A DNA stretch of 64,000 bases, from assembly GCA_002269645.1 (NCBI GenBank), contig NIVC01000056.1:558001-622000 (forward strand), written 5' to 3'. Position 1 is the first letter of the stretch; every line of letters starts with the position of its first letter. The position numbers and the translations under genes were made by a program. The notes under the pieces are model-generated. The model made no database searches, was not told where the DNA came from, and saw only the letters and a program-made list of their open reading frames with translations. Shown here one piece after another: positions 1 to 15,232 of this stretch. This DNA comes from Macrostomum lignano (lineage: Eukaryota).

Positions 1-198
1 CTCGACCCACTTGGAACAATTTGTGTCCTTGAGCAAGCCACCTAACTCTGCATTGCTTCAGTTCACCCAGCTGTAAAATGGGTGCCAGCATTAGCTGGGG
101 GAATTGAGGGTGTGCGGCGACCCCCCAGTCCTTGGACTGAACCACTTCCCATGAGGGCAGGTGTAATTAATTATTATTATTCATTATTATTATTATTC
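1..198 (+). mobile_element. CORE-type SINE, copy 1 (5' end cut by window edge, internal deletion near 3' end)
   Basis: 1-143 nearly identical to 55715-55853 and to the reverse complement of the 37153-37458 copy; ends in GGGCAGGTGTAA plus (TTA)n tail like the other copies. Confidence 0.8.
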
Positions 199-220
199 TT
201 TATATCACACCCATCCGCAG

Positions 221-975
221 GCGAGTCGCTTCAATACGCGTTTATCGAATTCGACAAAGCCGACGACTGCGAGGCGGCCTACTTCAAGATGGACAACGTG
301 CTGATCGACGACCGTCGGATTCACGTCGACTTCTGCCAGTCGGTGGCCAAGGTGTGGCGCGATTTTCGTCGGGACAAAGCGACCGCTGCGGCTGGCAAGC
401 GGCATAGCCAGCAGCAGCAACGGCGCCGGTCTCCAAGTCCCGCTGCTAATAATGGGTCGCGGAACCGCCGGTCGCCGAGTCCCGATCAGCAGCAGAGATC
501 CCGGAATCGCCGGTCTCCGAGTCCCGATCAGCAGAGATCCCGGAACCGCCGGTCTCCGAGTCCCGATCAGCAGCAGAGATCCCGGAACCGCCGGTCTCCG
601 AGTTCAGATCAGCAGCAGAGATCCCGGAACCGCCGGTCTCCGAGTTCAGATCAGCAGCAGAGATCCCGGAATCGCCGGTCTCCGAGTCCAGATCAGCAGC
701 AGAGGTCCCGGAACCGCCGGTCTCCGAGTCCAGATCAGCAGCAGAGATCCCGGAATCGCCGGTCTCCGAGTCCCAAACAGCAGCAGAGGTCCCGGAATCG
801 CCGGTCTCCGAGTCCCGAACAGCAGCACAGATACCGCTCACGCCGGTCTCCTAGAGAAAGTCCAGCTCATAAAAAATCCAAGCACAATCGTCGATCCCGC
901 TCCAGGTCCCGCAGCAAGTCCCACGGTGACAGCAGGAGCAAAGGAACTTCCTCGTCAAGGTCCCGCTATCGTTAG
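221..975 (+). CDS. PPIL4: Peptidyl-prolyl isomerase-like 4, terminal exon (RRM C-terminal half plus RS-rich tail)
   Basis: Acceptor ccatccgcag|G at 220/221; [44 protein letters not shown] matches the PPIL4/Cyp59 RRM; stop TAG at 973-975; upstream exons lie outside the window. Confidence 0.92.
457..832 (+). repeat. Coding minisatellite, 39-42 nt unit x9 ([14 protein letters not shown])
   Basis: In-frame tandem repeat visible in DNA and in the ORF 82..975 translation. Confidence 0.9.
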
Positions 976-1074
976 CCTGACCGCGTAGGTTCTCGACTAA
1001 CTTGGGCCGGCATTTTTGCTTCACTACCATGCCATAGCTGTGCTGTAATGTAGCTTTGATGTTGCGCCCACTGT

Positions 1075-1080
1075 AATAAA
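1075..1080 (+). terminator. Candidate polyadenylation signal of PPIL4 (AATAAA)
   Basis: AATAAA 100 nt after the stop, followed by a T-rich tract. Confidence 0.5.
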
Positions 1081-1327
1081 GCATTTCTTATTATTATTGA
1101 TTGACCTAAAAGGACGAGCAAAGACCCGCTAAACTTCTCTTGTTTGTCTGTCTGTTTGAATCTGTGCATTTTTGCTCTACTTGTTCAAGTACATGTAAAC
1201 ATGCGCTTCAATAATTAACAATGGCCTGCTCGATATTGCATTTCGGCACTTATTTACTTCTTATTCAATAGATAGCGAGTTTATCATCAAGAGAATTAGC
1301 AGGCGCTCAGGGTTAGGCCTCAACAAC

Positions 1328-2055
1328 CAGCCTCCCAGATCCTCAGTTGCTGGGCCAGCCTCCCAGAGTGTCAGTTGCTGGACCAGCCTCCCAGAGTGTC
1401 AGTTGCTGGGCCAGCCTCCCAGATCCTCAGTTGCTGGGCCAGCCTCCCAGATCCTCAGTTGCTGGGCCAGCCTTCCAGAGTGTCAGTTGCTGGGCCAGCC
1501 TCCCAGATCCTCAGTTGCTGAGCCAGCCTCCCAGATCCTCAGTTGCTGTGCCAGCCTCCCAGATCCTCAGTTGCTGTGCCAGCCTCCCAGATCCCCAGTT
1601 GCTGGGCCAGCCTCCCAGATCCTCAGTTGCTGTGCCAGCCTCCCAGATCCTCAGTTGCTGGGCCAGCCTCCCAGATCCTCAGTTGCTGGGCCAGCCTCCC
1701 AGATCCTCAGTTGCTGTGCCAGCCTCCCAGATCCTCAGTTGCTGTGCCAGCCTCCCAGATCCTCAGTTGCTGGGCCAGCCTCCCAGATCCTCAGTTGCTG
1801 TGCCAGCCTCCCAGATCCTCAGTTGCTGTGCCAGCCTCCCAGATCCTCAGTTGCTGTGCCAGCCTCCCAGATCCTCAGTTGCTGTGCCAGCCTCCCAGTT
1901 CGTCAGTTGCTGGGCCAGCCTCCCAGATCCTCAGTTGCTGGGCCAACCTCCCAGATCCTCAGTTGCTGGGCCAGCCTCCCAGATCCTCAGTTGCTGGGCC
2001 AGCCTCCCAGATCCTCAGTTGCTGTGCCAGCCTCCCAGATCCTCAGTTGCTGGGC
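1328..2055 (+). repeat. Minisatellite family A, 28-nt unit CAGCCTCCCAGATCCTCAGTTGCTGGGC, about 26 copies
   Basis: Direct tandem repeat; same unit at 15400-15600 and 30035-30873. Confidence 0.95.
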
Positions 2056-2102
2056 ACCCAGTACTCCACACTCATCACTCCCATCCCGCCGGCATTCCGC
2101 AG

Positions 2103-5100
2103 CAGTCCTCCACGCTTAGCGGCCGGTTGCTGTGCCGCCTGCTGCATCCGCAGCCTTCGCCTCGCATGCCGCCTTCGCGCCTCTACCGCAGCCGCGTGCT
2201 GACTGAGGCCGAAGGCGGGCCGACACCCCCGCCCGAGTCCGAGCGAATCCGCCTGCCGCAGGGGCTGCTCCGCCGCGATGCCGAACTCGCTGCTCGTCAC
2301 GTCGATTTGGCCGAAGGTCAGCCGCAGCGGCTGCTTATCGTGGCCAAGGACCGGCGCAAGAACTGCGTTGTGGGGCAGCGGTACCCGCCCAGCTTCGGCA
2401 ACCAGTTCCTGGCCAGCGGCTCCTGGCTGCACGCGTCCAGGAGCGTCGGGGACTACTTTACTATTCTGGCACAGGTGGGTCTGGGTGTACAACTGTCTGT
2501 CTGTGTCTTTTCTCAGATGTCCTCAAAGTCTTGCATACATTTTTAAATTTTTTTGCTCGTTAGGTATTAATTTCGAGGGGAATCCCACTAGCACAAGTTT
2601 ATCGATTTTTCAGGGGAATCCCACTAACACAAGTTTATCCATTTTAAGGTGAATCCCATTAACACAATTTTATCGATTTTTCAGGGAAATCCCACTAACA
2701 CAAGTTTATCCATTTTTCAGGGGAATCCCACTAACACAAGTTTATCCATTTTTCAGGAAATCCCACTAACACAAGTTTATCGATTTTTCAGGGGAATCCC
2801 ACTAACACAAGTTTATCCATTTTAAGGTGAATCCCATTAACACAATTTTATCGATTTTTCAGGGAAATCCCACTAACACAAGTTTATCCATTTTTCAGGG
2901 GAATCCCACTAACAAGTTTATCCATTTTTCAGGGGAATCCCACTAACACAAGTTTATCCATTTTTCAGGGGAGTCCCACTAACACAAATTTATCCATTTT
3001 CAGGGGAATCCCACTAACACAAATTTATCCATTTTTCAGGGGAATCCCACTAACACAAGTTTATCCATTTTTCAGGGGAATCCAATCGCCGCAGCTTCTC
3101 TGTCCCAAATCTATCGCTCGCCACTCAAGTTACGCAATCCCCTCTGTTCCTTACAGGGCCGGTCCAACAGTTTCCACCAGGTGAACCGGGAATCACCGGT
3201 GACCAGTTTTACCCAGCTTGGCCTCCGCCCGGAAGTGGCCGCAGCCGCCTCGGCCGCCGTAGGTTCCGACCGGCCAACCCTCATCCAGTGCCTGGCCGCC
3301 GGGCCGCTACTGTCCAGCTGGAACACGGCCTGCCTGGCCGAGACTGGCAACGGCAAAACCCTGGCCTACTTGGCTCCGTTGCTAAGCAACCTGCTGTCGC
3401 TGCCGGAGGGCGTCGACCGCAGTCGCCGCTGCATCCTGGTGGTCTGTCCGACCCTGGTGTTGATGCGCCAGATTGCTGCGGCGGCCGGCCTGTTCTGCTC
3501 CCAGCTGGGACTTCGCGTTGCCACGGCCGATGAGGCCAAGCGGGAGGCTGAGCTCGGCGTTATTGTCGGCGTGCCGGAGCGGATTAACGACTTGCTGCGC
3601 TGTCGGGCCGACGCTGGCGCCCCCCTTCTGCCGACTGCCTGCGTGCTGGACGAGGCCGACTGCTTGCTTGACGACTCCTTTGTTGATGGCACGTCCGCGT
3701 TGCTGGGGCGACTGTTTCTGCAGACTGGCGAGCCTCAGCACGGGGTGCCCATGGGCGCTCAGGTGATCTTGGATTGGGGATTGGGGAGTTTGAGTTGAGA
3801 TATTTTAGATTGGGGATCTGTCTGCTTGAGTTGGGATATTTTAGATTGGGGATCTGTCTGCTTGAGTTGGGATATTTTAGATTGGGGATCTGATTGAGTT
3901 GGGATATTTTAGATTGGGGATCTGTCTGCTTGAGTTGGGATATTTTAGATTGGGGATCTGTCTGCTTGGGGATATTTTAGATTGGGGATCTGTCTGCTTG
4001 AGTTGGGATATTTTAGATTGGGGATCTGATTGAGTTGGGATATTTTAGATTGGGGATCTGTCTGCTTCAGTTGGGATATTTTAGATTGGGGATCTGTCTG
4101 CTTCAGTTGGGATATTTTAGATTGGGGATCTGTCTGCTTGAGTTGGGATATTTTAGATTGGGGATCTGTCTGCTTGAGTTGGGATATTTTAGATTGGGGA
4201 TCTGATTGAGTTGGGATATTTTAGATTGGGGATCTGTCTGCTTGAGTTGGGATATTTTAGATTGGGGACCTGTCTGCTTGAGTTGGGATATTTTAGATTG
4301 GGGACCTGTCTGCTTCAGTTGGGATATTTTAGATTGGGGATCTGTCTGCTTCAGTTGGGATATTTTAGATTGGGGATCTGTCTGCTTCAGTTGGGATATT
4401 TTAGATTGGGGATCTGTCTGCTTCAGTTGGGATATTTTAGTCTAGAAAAGCCCGCTCCACCGCAGGTGGTGCTGGCCTCAGCCACAATGCCGCCCAGCCT
4501 GGAGGAGGCCCTGGGCTCCGGCCTGCTGCCCAGCGACTCCTTCGCCCGGGTCGCCACTCCGTTCGCCCACCGACCGCCGGCCCAGAGCGCGCAGCTGTTT
4601 GTGCGCGCCAGTCGTGATACAAAGCGCGCCCTTTGTCTGGCGCGAATCCGGCGCAACTTGAAGCGCCAGTTGCCGACCATTGTTTTCTGCAACGCCTCCG
4701 CTACCACCAAGGAGCTGGCAGATGCCCTGGGCTCCAGCGACGCTGTCGCTTTGCACAGCGGCCTACGGGCGGCCCAGCGGGACGACCTGGTGAAAGCTTT
4801 CTCTTTTGGACACCTGCCAGTAAGGCACTGACTGCTTTTGGAATTCATCAAAACCGCAGAGGGCATCCCAGACTCTCCAAAATAGCAGTTGGTATTCCAG
4901 ATACTCAAAATCGCAGAGGAAATCCCATATTCCCAAAATAGCTGTGGGAATCCCAGATACTCAAAATAGCAGTGGGAATCCCAGATTCCTAAAATAGCTG
5001 TTGGAATTCCAGATACTCAAAATCGCAGAGGAAATCCCATATTCCCAAAATAGCTGTGGGAATCCCAGATACTCAAAATCACAGAGGGAATTCCAGATTC

Positions 5101-6006
5101 CCAAAATAGCTGTAGAAATTCCAAGATACTCAAAATAGCAGTGGGAATCCAAGATTCCCAAAATAGCTGTTGGAATTCCAGATACTCAAAATCGCAGAGG
5201 AAATCCCAGCTTCCCAAAATAGCAGTGGGAATCCCAGATTCCTAAAATAGCTGTTGGAATCCCAGATACTCAAAATCACAGAGGAAATCCCATATTCCCA
5301 AAATAGCTGTGGGAATCCCAGATACTCAAAATCACAGAGGGAATTCCAGATTCCCAAAATAGCTGTGGTAATCCAGTATTCCGAAAATAGCTGTGGGAAT
5401 TCCAGATTCCCAAAATAGCTGTGGGAATTCCAGATTCCCAGAATAGGTGTGGGAATTCCAGGTTCCCAGAATGGGTGTGGGAATTCCAGATACTGAAAAT
5501 TGCAGAGGGAATCCCAGATACTCAAAATCGCAGAGGGAATCCCAGATCCTCAAAATGCAGTAAGCATCCAAAATCTCTCATATGGCTGCCTGCAGTTCCA
5601 TATCCTCTAATTGGTATCCCTAGATAAACTGCAAAATAATTCGATTTTTTCGCAATGCTCTAATTCTCATCCTAGTCAGTTACCGCACAATTATTATTTT
5701 AATTTCCGTTTCCAGGTGCTGATTGCCACAGACCTGGCTAGCCGCGGCCTGGACACTCTGGCCGCCCGCCAGATTATCAACTGCGACCTGCCCGGCTTCC
5801 CTGCCATCTACCTGCACCGGCTGGGCCGCATCGGCCGGGTCGGCAGCGGCGGCTCCCCGTTCTCCGTGGCCTACGCGGCCGAGCGATTCGAAGTCCGCAC
5901 CGTGCAGGCCGTGGAGACGGCGGCCCGGCTCGACCTGCCGCTGGCCCACCTGGACACCAATTTGAGCCGGCATTTTGCTGAGAAAGCCGCAGGCAGAGCT
6001 GCCTGA
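2103..6006 (+). CDS. DDX28: Mitochondrial DEAD-box RNA helicase DDX28 (4 exons, start uncertain)
   Basis: Exons ~2103-2474, 3157-3762, 4466-4819, 5716-6006 join in frame via phase-0 GT-AG introns. Motifs: FLASGSW..DYFTI (DDX28 N-terminal signature), SFTQLGL (Q motif), AETGNGKTLAY, LDEAD, SAT, IVFCN, LIATDLASRGLD, YLHRLGRIGR. Confidence 0.88.
2575..3082 (+). repeat. Minisatellite, ~36-37 nt unit (GGGGAATCCCACTAACACAAGTTTATCCATTTTTCA), DDX28 intron 1
   Basis: Direct tandem repeat inside intron 2475-3156. Confidence 0.9.
3770..4440 (+). repeat. Minisatellite, 36-nt unit (ATTGGGGATCTGTCTGCTTGAGTTGGGATATTTTAG), DDX28 intron 2
   Basis: Direct tandem repeat filling intron 3763-4465. Confidence 0.92.
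4850..5555 (+). repeat. Minisatellite, ~27-28 nt units of two alternating variants (dimeric higher-order repeat), DDX28 intron 3
   Basis: GATACTCAAAATCGCAGA-type and ATTCCCAAAATAGCTGT-type units alternate inside intron 4820-5715. Confidence 0.85.
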
Positions 6007-6185
6007 TTGTTCTATCGTAGAGTTGATTTGTGATGATGCAGTTATTGACCGAGATTCTCCGCATTTCTTTGCTGTACGCTCGTACTCTAGAGTACACTGC
6101 CTGCGGCTTGGCGCTCCGTAGCTTTCGTTTGCAATATGTATTTTTATTCTGCCCTCCATTGCCAACCTGTGTCCTCACCTTCTTT

Positions 6186-6238
6186 CTGTCTGTCTGTCTG
6201 TCTGCCTGCCTGTCTGCCTGTCTGACTGTATGCCTGCC

Positions 6239-6271
<33 letters not shown>

Positions 6272-6306
6272 GGCTGTCTGTCTGTCTGTCTGACTGTATG
6301 CCTGCC

Positions 6307-6353
<47 letters not shown>

Positions 6354-6386
6354 ATGTCTGTCTGTCTGTCTGACTGTATGCCTGCC

Positions 6387-6446
<60 letters not shown>

Positions 6447-6475
6447 CTATCTATCTATCTATCTAATCTACCTAC
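6186..6475 (+). repeat. (TCTG)n / (TCTA)n microsatellite
   Basis: Seen directly. Confidence 0.95.
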
Positions 6476-6779
6476 CTTAATCTATGTTTTTATCGATTTA
6501 GATCCCGTCCTTTCTGTCCTCAGCTCACCTGTGCTATCTCTTTAATCCAATTTGGTGAGAACGCTCTAACAGTGCGCATTCGGTTCTCAAATTTCGTCCA
6601 TTACCTGCGCCCACCTATGCTGCTCTCAGGGCGAGGGCCGCCGTTGCGATTCGAATTTCTTTGACTGTTGCTTTATTGAAAATCTTCCGGCTGAAAATGT
6701 TTTGAATTCTTTCTGGTGTCTGCCGCCATCCACCTCATCCCAGTCGGTGCTTGCAGCTTGTCACCGCTTATTGCTCCAT

Positions 6780-7080
6780 GCGGCCTTCTCCCCTACGTCT
6801 CCCTCTCGTCTCCCCGTGTCTCCCTCATCTCACTCTCCTTCTCTTCTCACTGTCTCCCTCTCCTCTCCCGTGTCTCCCTCTCCTCTCCCCTGTCTCCCTC
6901 TCCTCTCCCGTGTCTGCCTCTCCTCTCCCCTGTCTCCCTCTCCTCTCCCGTGTCTCCCTCTCCTCTCCGTGTCTCCTCTCCTCTCTCTCCCCTGTCTGTC
7001 TGCTGCCTCCCTCTCTCTCTCTCGCCCCGTGTGTCCTTCTCCTCCCAGTTCTCTCCCATATTCCTATCTCACCTCCCTAT
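6780..7080 (+). repeat. Pyrimidine-rich low-complexity repeat (TGTCTCCCTCTCCTCTCCCG-like)
   Basis: Seen directly. Confidence 0.8.
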
Positions 7081-7739
7081 ATCCCCCACACATGCATATA
7101 CATACACTTTCTCTAAGCCTGACTCGTTAATTGAAATACACCTTGAACTTTAACCACCCGGAGCCTCTGCTCTGCTGTACGTAACAGAGAGAGCACCCAG
7201 TCTATTGACAGTTTCTACTTTTTATCTGCAACTGTGCGTCGCAAATTGGACTTTTGTCGAATAAAAGTGCAACTCTAGGAAAATTGCCAAATTTATTTAA
7301 TAGTGCCTTCCTTTTTCTTTGATTTCTTTGCCGCGAGTTTTTTATAATTGTTTTTTCGTTTATATAAGACAGGCAGCTCTGGGGGGTAGCGGTTATAACT
7401 GGTTAAGCCTACACCCATCTTTAGGCCCGCTTCAGTGCCAGATGTTCACAAAGATTTTTGGCGACCAATCAGAACAGGAATTTTTATTTCTGCTGAGCTT
7501 TGGTCTGGTATTCAATTGCAAGCAGAAATTTAGGCGGTAATTCTGCTGCTCCTCTCCCAGCGAAGTCTCGCGCTGCCTCCGCCTTTTACGAGTATTTGTC
7601 AATTATAATCCCCCATCTAGCCAGTATCACCTCCCTCTTCTGCTCCCGTGTTCTTGCTGGATAATTTTCTTGGGATTGCCTGTGTGTGTTTCTGCCCAAT
7701 GCGCTCTGCAATTTTTTGCTCGGTCACTTGTTTCTTCTT

Positions 7740-9960
7740 CCCACTCCCATGTCACTGTCCCCCACTCCCATCTCACTGTCCCCACTCCCATCTTACTGTC
7801 CCCCACTCCCATCCCACTGTCCCCACTCCCATCCCACCACTCCCATCCCACTGTCCCCCACTCCCATCCCACCACTCCCATCTCACTGTCCCCCACTCCC
7901 ATCTTACTGTCCCCCACTCCCATCCCACTGCCCCCACTCCCATCTCACTGTCCCCCACTCCCATCTTACTGTCCCCCACTCCCATCCCACTGTCCCCCAC
8001 TCCCATCCCACCACTCCCATCCCACTGTCCCCCACTCCCATCCCACCACTCCCATCTCACTGTCCCCCACTCCCATCCCACCACTCCCATCTCACTGTCC
8101 CCACTCCCATCTTACTGTCCCCCACTCCCATCCCACCACTCCCATCTCACTGTCCCCCACTCCCATCTTACTGTCCCCCACTCCCATCCCACTGTCCCCC
8201 ACTCCCATCCACTGTCCCCCACTCCCATCTCACTGTCCCCCACTCCCATCTTACTGTCCCCCACTCCCATCCCACTGTCCCCCACTCCCATCTCACTGTC
8301 CCCCACTCCCATCTTACTGTCCCCCACTCCCATCCCACTGTCCCCCACTCTCATCCCACTGTCCCCCACTCCCATCCCACTGTCCCCACTCCCATCCCAC
8401 TGTCCCCCACTCCCATCTCACTGTCCCCCACTCCCATCCCACTGTCCCCACTCCCATCCCACTGTCCCCACTCCCATCTTACTGTCCCCCACTCCCATCC
8501 CACTGCCCCCACTTCCATCTCACTGTCCCCCACTCCCATCTTACTGTCCCCCACTCCCATCCCACTGTCCCCACTCCCATCCCACCACTCCCATCTCACT
8601 GTCCCCCACTCCCATCTTACTGTCCCCCACTCCCATCCCACTGTCCCCACTCCCATCTCACTGTCCCCACTCCCATCTCACTGTCCCCACTCCCATCTTA
8701 CTGTCCCCACTCCCATCCCACTGTCCCCCACTCCCATCTCACTGTCCCCCACTCCCATCTTACTGTCCCCCACTCCCATCCACTGTCCCCCACTCCCATC
8801 CCACTGTCCCCCACTCCCATACCACTGTCCCCCACTCCCATCCCACTGTCCCCCACTCCCATCCCACTGCCCCCACTCCCATCTCACTGTCCCCACTCCC
8901 ATCCCACTGTCCCCCACTCCATCTCACTGTCCCCACTCCCATCCACTGTCCCACTCCATCTTACTGTCCCCACTCCCATCCACTGTCCCCACTCCCATCC
9001 CACTGTCCCCCACTCCCATCCCACTGTCCCCCACTCCCATACCACTGTCCCCCACTCTCATCCCACTGTCCCCACTCCCATACCACTGTCCCACACTCCC
9101 ATCCCACTGTCCCCACTCCCATCCACTGTCCCCCACTCCCATCCACTGTCCCCCACTCCCATCTCACTGTCCCCCACTCCCATCCCACTGTCCCACTCCC
9201 ATCCCACTGTCCCCACTCCCATCTTACTGTCCCCCACTCCCATCCCACTGCCCCACTTCCATCTCACTGTCCCCCACTCCCATCTTACTGTCCCCACTCC
9301 CATCCCACTGTCCCCCACTCCCATCCCACCACTCCCATCCCACTGTCCCCACTCCCATCCCACCACTCCCATCTCACTGTCCCCCACTCCCATCTTACTG
9401 TCCCATACTCCCATCCCACTGTCCCCCACTCCCATCCCCACTCCCATCTCACTGTCCCCACTCCCATCTTACTGTCCCCCACTCCCATCCACTGTCCCCC
9501 ACTCCCATCTCACTGTCCCCCACTCCATCTCACTGTCCCCCACTCCCATCTTACTGTCCCCCACTCCCATCCCACTGTCCCCACTCCCATCTCACTGTCC
9601 CCACTCCCATCTTACTGTCCCCCACTCCATCCCACTGTCCCCACTCCCATCCCACTGTCCCCCACTCCCATACCACTGTCCCCCACTCCCATCCACTGTC
9701 CCCACTCCCATCCCACTGCCCCCACTCCCATCTCACTGTCCCCACTCCCATCCCACTGTCCCCACTCCCATCTTACTGTCCCCACTCCCATCCCACTGTC
9801 CCCACTCCCATCCCACTGTCCCCCACTCCCATCCCACTGTCCCCACTCCCATCCACTGTCCCCCACTCCCATCCCACTGTCCCCCACTCCCATACCACTG
9901 TCCCCCACTCCCATCCCACTGTCCCCCACTCCCATACCACTGTCCCCACTCCCATCTCAT
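7740..9960 (+). repeat. C-rich minisatellite, ~20-21 nt unit CACTGTCCCCCACTCCCATCC, about 100 copies
   Basis: Direct tandem repeat; a degraded copy of the same unit lies at ~11090-11575. Confidence 0.95.
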
Positions 9961-10814
9961 TGTCAGCCATAGTCCCTAAATAGCAATATATAAGTACACA
10001 GTGCAGTTTGGTTCTAATACAACTCGCTCCATCACGTGATTGACGTGTTTTGTACCGCGTGACGTTAGCGTCTCTTCTTATTTGTTGTTTTCTCGCTTAG
10101 GTGACTCTTTTAGGCAGGGAATCCCTCAGTTTAGGCTATTTTCAGCTGCATAATTGAGAATGAGGCAGTTCCGAGAACCCTGCCTCTCACACTGCCGCTG
10201 CCCCTTTTTGCGTCAAGTTTTTCTGAGTTGTTCTCCCGTCTGTTATTTCCCCGTGCCTTCATCGAGCGGCTTGCGTCAGCCTCGGTATAATATATAATTA
10301 AGCGAAAGTGTGTGAAGACGGCATCTCAGATTCCTTTTTTGATCCGTTGCCTCTTTCGCTCTCCGTCTTCGCAGAGCAGCCTCTCCACTACCCGCGAGCT
10401 TTTCAGGATTGGCTGTCCCGGTCGGAGATTGGCCAGAAGGGGAAGAGAGGGGAGGCTGAGCTCGTTTGGTATAAAATTAGGCAAATCCCACCTGGCCTAG
10501 ATAGGTTCCTCTCCGCATCCCCGCTGTGTGCTGAGATCGACCAGATCGAACTTTCGCTGAGGCCCTTCTCTCTTCCACATGCGCCGTTCGTTCTCTCCCG
10601 ACGGTCATTCGGCCAGCGCGCGACCGATTGAGGAATTACTGCTTTGCGGGCACCGGCCTCCGGTGGTGGAGGCCAACTATGCCTACTTCCGGCCTATAGT
10701 GAGTGTGTCCTGTCTGTTGTGTCCGTCTGTCTGTTGTCATGTGTCTGTCTGTCTGTGTCTGTCCGTCTGTCTGTCTGTGTGTCTGTCTGTTCTGTCATGT
10801 GTCTGTCTGTCTGT

Positions 10815-10855
<41 letters not shown>

Positions 10856-10880
10856 TGTTGTCTGTCTGTCTGTGTCTGTC

Positions 10881-10920
<40 letters not shown>

Positions 10921-11789
10921 TCTGTCTCTCTGTTGTCTGTTGTGTCTCTCTGTCTGTCTGCCCTCTGTCCCCCCTCCCTCCCTCCTGTGTCTCCCTCTCA
11001 CTGTCCCCACTCCCTCTTCTGTCCCCTGTGTCTCCTGTATCCTGTCTGTCCCCTTCTCCCATCCCTCTGTCCCCCACCCCCTTTCCAAGTCCCCCACTCC
11101 CACCCATGTCCCCCACTCCCATCCCTGCCCCCGCCATGATCACTGTCCCCCACTCATCCACTGTCCCCACGCCCATCCCACTGCCCCCACTCCCCTCTCT
11201 GCCCCCACAGCCCAGCCCACCGGCCCCATCCATCTCACTTGCCCCAGTCCATCTTACTGTCCCCCACCCCATCCCACTTCCTCCCATCCACTTCCCCATC
11301 CATCGGCTGTCCCAGGCCCTGTCTGTCCCCGCTCCATCACCGCCCCACCCGGGCCTCCCCTGTCCCCACTCCCACCCCTGGCCTCCCGCCGGCTCCCCGT
11401 CCCCGGCTCCATCTCGTCCCCCTCTCCCGTCCGACGTCCCGACTCCCAAACCCACAGTCCCCCACTCCCATCCACTGTCCCCCACTCCCATCCCACTGTC
11501 CCCACTCCCATCCCACTGTCCCCACTCCCATCCACTGTTCCCCACTCCCATACACTGTCCCACTCCCATCCCATTGTCAGCCATAGTCCCTAAATAGCAA
11601 TATATAAGTACACAGTGCACTATAGTGTCATTGGTTCAATACTTTCATCAGTGCAGGCCGAGCACCGAATGTTTTCTTTTATCTGGTACTTTTAACTTCT
11701 GCAAATTTAATTAAATTCTGTTTGCCTGACTTTATCTGTCAGAGTTTTTATAACTCTGCGTTGAAGATTCTGCAATCAAAAAAAGCAAA

Positions 11790-11840
11790 CTCGCTCCATC
11801 ACGTGATTGACGTGTTTTGTACCCGCGTGACGTTAGCGTC
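11790..11840 (+). promoter_or_regulatory. E-box (CACGTG) plus two CRE-like TGACGT motifs; candidate promoter of the downstream zinc-finger/SANT gene (duplicate at 10030-10070)
   Basis: CACGTG 11800-11805, TGACGT 11808-11813 and 11828-11833, upstream of a GC-rich segment ending in donor |GTGAGT at 12462. Confidence 0.3.
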
Positions 11841-12394
11841 TCTTCTTATTTGTTGTTTTCTCCGCTTAGGTGACTCTTCTTAGGCAGGGGAATCCCTCAG
11901 TTTAGGCTATTTTCAGCTGCATAATTGAGATGAGGCAGTTCCGAGAACCCCTGCCTCTCACACTGCCGCTGCCCTTTTTGCGTCAAGTTTTTCTGAGTTG
12001 TTCTCCCGTCTGTTATTTCCCCGTGCCTTCATCCGAGCGGCTTGCGTCAGCCTCGTATAATAATAATTAAGCGAAAGTGTGTGAAGACGGCATCTCAGAT
12101 TCCTTTTTTGTCCGTTGCCTCTTTCCGCTCTTCCGTCTTCGCAGAGCAGCCTCTCCACTACCCGCGAGCTCTCTTCGGATTGGCTGTCCCGGTCGGGATT
12201 GGGCCAGAAGGGGAAGAGAGGGGAGGCTGAGCTCGTTTGGGTATAAAATTAGGCAAATCCCACCTGGCTTAGAGTCCTCGCTCCGATCCCCGCTGCTCGT
12301 GCTGAGATCCCAGATCCGAACTTCGCCTGAGGCCCTTCTCCTTCCCACATGCGCGCGTTCGTTCCTCCGACCGGTCATTCGGGCGCACCGGCCG

Positions 12395-15232
<2,838 letters not shown>

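Noticed and set aside
7648-9983. Three overlapping ~770-aa Pro/His/Ser ORFs
   Set aside because: Stop-free translations of a C-rich minisatellite in all frames; not coding evidence
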